This document shows positions 61,583-64,000 of a DNA stretch of 64,000 nt, piece after piece (position 1 is the first letter of the stretch; each line of letters opens with the position of its first letter). The stretch is taken from contig CAVZIW010000001.1 in assembly GCA_963775465.1 (NCBI GenBank), forward strand, positions 366,697 through 430,696. Direction: 5' to 3'. The notes beneath the pieces are model-generated. The model was given only the letters and a program-made list of their open reading frames with translations, was not told the origin of the DNA and did no database searches. The stretch comes from Candidatus Bathyarchaeota archaeon. Its GTDB lineage: Archaea; Thermoproteota; Bathyarchaeia; Bathyarchaeales; Bathycorpusculaceae. Made by a program: the position numbers and the translations under genes.

Positions 61583-62341
61583 GTGCCAGTCATGGTTTGC
61601 TCAATTGATATCTCAGAAAAACCACAACTCAATGATCCAATACTTATCGAAGGGTTACCGGGCATTGGGTTTGTGGCTAACATTGCATCTTTGCATCTGA
61701 TTAAAGAGTTAAAAGCTGTAAAGTTCGCACAGGTATTTTCCTCTTCATTTCAAGATTTTGCGATAACTACAGAAACTGGAGGCGCTTTATACCCTGTCAA
61801 CGAGTTGTACTATGCTATACGGAAGAATGAACGTGATTTGATTATTTGGTATGGGAACACTCAAGCGTTAACCACGATTGGGCAGTATGAGTTAGTCGGC
61901 AAGATACTTGACATTGCGCAGGAGCTTGGCTGCAAATTTGTTATTTCCATCGGTGGTTTCAAGAAAGATGAAGCGACACCTATTCCAGCAATTTATAGCA
62001 CTGCCACAGACTTGGATACAATGCAGCAGATACTTGATTTAGGAACAAAGGTTATGGTTGGCCATGTTTTTGGCATCGCAGGTTTATCGATTGGACTAGC
62101 AAGAATAAGGGATTTAAGAGGTTTTTCACTTCTTGTGGATACACCAGGCATGAACCCAGATGTAAACGCTGCTCGATATGCTTTGCTTACATTAGGTAAA
62201 TACTTGAACCTGAATATTGACCTGACAAACATAGAAACAAACGGGAACGAAATTAAAAATATGCTAGAATCATTTGGAGTAATTCGGAGTATAACCGAAG
62301 AAAAGAAGAAAGAGGAGCAGCAACTTCGCTGGTTTATTTAG
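61583..62341 (+). CDS. PAC2 family proteasome assembly chaperone
   Basis: LIEGLPGIGFVANIA, ISIGG, PD..AA. Confidence 0.88.
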   Translation: MPVMVCSIDISEKPQLNDPILIEGLPGIGFVANIASLHLIKELKAVKFAQVFSSSFQDFAITTETGGALYPVNELYYAIRKNERDLIIWYGNTQALTTIGQYELVGKILDIAQELGCKFVISIGGFKKDEATPIPAIYSTATDLDTMQQILDLGTKVMVGHVFGIAGLSIGLARIRDLRGFSLLVDTPGMNPDVNAARYALLTLGKYLNLNIDLTNIETNGNEIKNMLESFGVIRSITEEKKKEEQQLRWFI

Positions 62342-62760
62342 GCTTTGGCTTCAGCTATAAATGCATCGTAAACTTTTTGCACGCGGTCGGCAGCTGGACC
62401 TGATCCTTCTACGACTCCTTTTTCAGTTAGTTTTACTTTGTCCATTACCCAAATGAAGCCCTTGTCTTCGTAGAGTTTAACCATTGTTGGAAAGACTTTG
62501 TCGAGTCTTTGAGATAGGGATTTCAAGTCAAAGGGTTTTTCTGCGGTAGATATCGATAAGACTGCAGATCCGTTAATGACTAAGCGGTTGAGTATTTTTC
62601 CAGAATCATCTTTTACGTCAGCTAAACTGAGACTAAGGTTGTCAGGGTTTATTCCAATAAGGGTACCGTTGAAGGTTTTTCCATTAGTGGTGATTACAGA
62701 AACAGTTCTCTCGGTCAATGCTGCTACATCAGTGAAATATTTTCTTTGCGCTACAGACAA
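62338..62760 (-). CDS. Lsm protein with C-terminal extension (SmAP3 type)
   Basis: Sm fold (GKTFNGTLIG) plus FDL..L..RL..VFP C-terminal domain. Confidence 0.85.
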   Translation of the reverse strand: MSVAQRKYFTDVAALTERTVSVITTNGKTFNGTLIGINPDNLSLSLADVKDDSGKILNRLVINGSAVLSISTAEKPFDLKSLSQRLDKVFPTMVKLYEDKGFIWVMDKVKLTEKGVVEGSGPAADRVQKVYDAFIAEAKA

Positions 62761-62892
62761 TTTTATTTCTCCTTGATCGGTACATGAAATTACATTTCAA
62801 CTATTTATCTTTAATATGTTCCAGCGAACCAACTATTGAAAAATCTATCGAAAACTTGCTGCAAACGTCTTTTAACGCTGGGAGGTGTGCTC

Positions 62893-64000
62893 TTGAGTAG
62901 GATGACAGACATTATCGAAGCGTGGTTATTAAGTTTTGAATGCGGTAGAAAGTGGTTTAACACAATATCCTCAGCAAGAACAAAAGAAATGTATTCTAAA
63001 TGTTTAAAGCAATATTGTGACGCTGTAGAAAAGACGCCAGATGAATTGCTTAAACTCAAGCCAACCTTGTTTGAAATAGCCCTAATGATGCAGAAAGGCT
63101 CAGCTGGAGCAGAGAGTGAGTTTCAAGCTGAAAACTTGCTTGATAACTATCTATACAACACTCAAGATGTTACAATCCACATCAAGATTTCAATACTCTG
63201 CGCCATTAAGAGTTTTTATAAAGCTAACTGGCGAGAGCTAAATGGCAATGTCGGCAAGAACCTAACATTTCCAGAGCCTCGAAGGCGCACGCCTAAACTC
63301 CAAGATATTATAGCTATGGAAGACGTAATGTCTTACCAGCGCGATAAAGCAATTCTATGGTTTTTGGAAAGTACCCCAGATAGACATTCAACATTCGTCA
63401 ACCTTTATTGGCCTGACCTAAAATCAACTTCGGAATTACTAAAAGAAGTGCGTAGTGAGGCACAAGGACAACTGACTCGAACAGTAGAGGAAGATAAGGA
63501 ACTTACGAAACTAGTGCCTTACTATTTGGTGCTAGGTGCTGAGAGGTTAAAAGGTGCTGGCAAAGGCAAGTACAAAGGAATAAGGCACATCGGTTTCCTT
63601 CATCACTATGCGGTTGAAAAACTTGAAAAGTACAAACTTGAACTGAAGCAATATGGAATAGAAACAACGCCCGACAGCCCTATTTTTCTCGCCTTGAGCA
63701 ACAACCGTTTCAACGAGGGAAAAGGTGATAGATTGAAGGGTATTAGCTACATATTTTCAAGCGCTTGCGAACTGGCTTGGAACGATGAGAACAAACGGTT
63801 TAGTCCTCAAGATATGAGAGACTTATTGCAAGGTGCACCTGAAAAGGTTGAGGTAAACAAGAATCTGATCAGCCCATTGATATCACACAAGGTCAAAGGT
63901 GTTGACAAGCACTACAGCAATCACGACATTGATGAGTTTCTGCAAGTGTTTGTGAAGGCTTTGCCTTTGCTTGTTCCCCAGACTGTTGAGCAAGTAAGAG
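62893..64000 (+). CDS. Tyrosine recombinase/integrase (runs off right edge)
   Basis: Manual translation: KTPDELL, AIKSFY, RDKAILWFLESTPDR, RLKG, FSPQDMR, ISHKVKGVDKHYS; GGAGGTG SD before TTG 62893; no stop in window. Confidence 0.85.
   Translation, partial: MSRMTDIIEAWLLSFECGRKWFNTISSARTKEMYSKCLKQYCDAVEKTPDELLKLKPTLFEIALMMQKGSAGAESEFQAENLLDNYLYNTQDVTIHIKISILCAIKSFYKANWRELNGNVGKNLTFPEPRRRTPKLQDIIAMEDVMSYQRDKAILWFLESTPDRHSTFVNLYWPDLKSTSELLKEVRSEAQGQLTRTVEEDKELTKLVPYYLVLGAERLKGAGKGKYKGIRHIGFLHHYAVEKLEKYKLELKQYGIETTPDSPIFLALSNNRFNEGKGDRLKGISYIFSSACELAWNDENKRFSPQDMRDLLQGAPEKVEVNKNLISPLISHKVKGVDKHYSNHDIDEFLQVFVKALPLLVPQTVEQVR

Noticed and set aside
62811-63059. 82-aa minus-strand ORF
   Set aside because: Antisense shadow of the integrase ORF.

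Overview
AT-rich archaeal chromosomal window, most consistent with a TACK-lineage archaeon, probably Bathyarchaeia. Support: rpl13e with rpl15e, RNase P Pop5/Rpp30, arcTGT, SmAP3-type Lsm, PAC2, short archaeal PurA, GGTGA/GGAG Shine-Dalgarno motifs and many TTG starts. 0-18 kb is accessory: response regulators, a Pro/Thr mucin-like surface protein, a hemerythrin-CDF-ArsR-ferredoxin cluster, Hsp20, a GT2 glycosyltransferase with a PilB/MshE-type N-terminal domain, and a 3xPAS histidine kinase with its receiver. 18-39 kb is a large type IV pilus locus. It has one intact major pilin, two near-identical tandem pilin cassettes whose variable loops are full of indels, minor pilins, a secretion ATPase and a TadC-like platform protein. 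It is flanked by a MoxR ATPase/vWA/TrmB operon and HTH regulators. 39-63 kb is mostly housekeeping. A tyrosine recombinase ORF runs off the right edge. The main leads are a possibly hypervariable pilin cassette array, three genes that appear to start at ACG, an NfrB-like glycosyltransferase in an archaeon, and a candidate eL15 leader RNA. Several isolated frameshifts suggest indel errors in the assembly. No rRNA, tRNA or CRISPR array was recognised.
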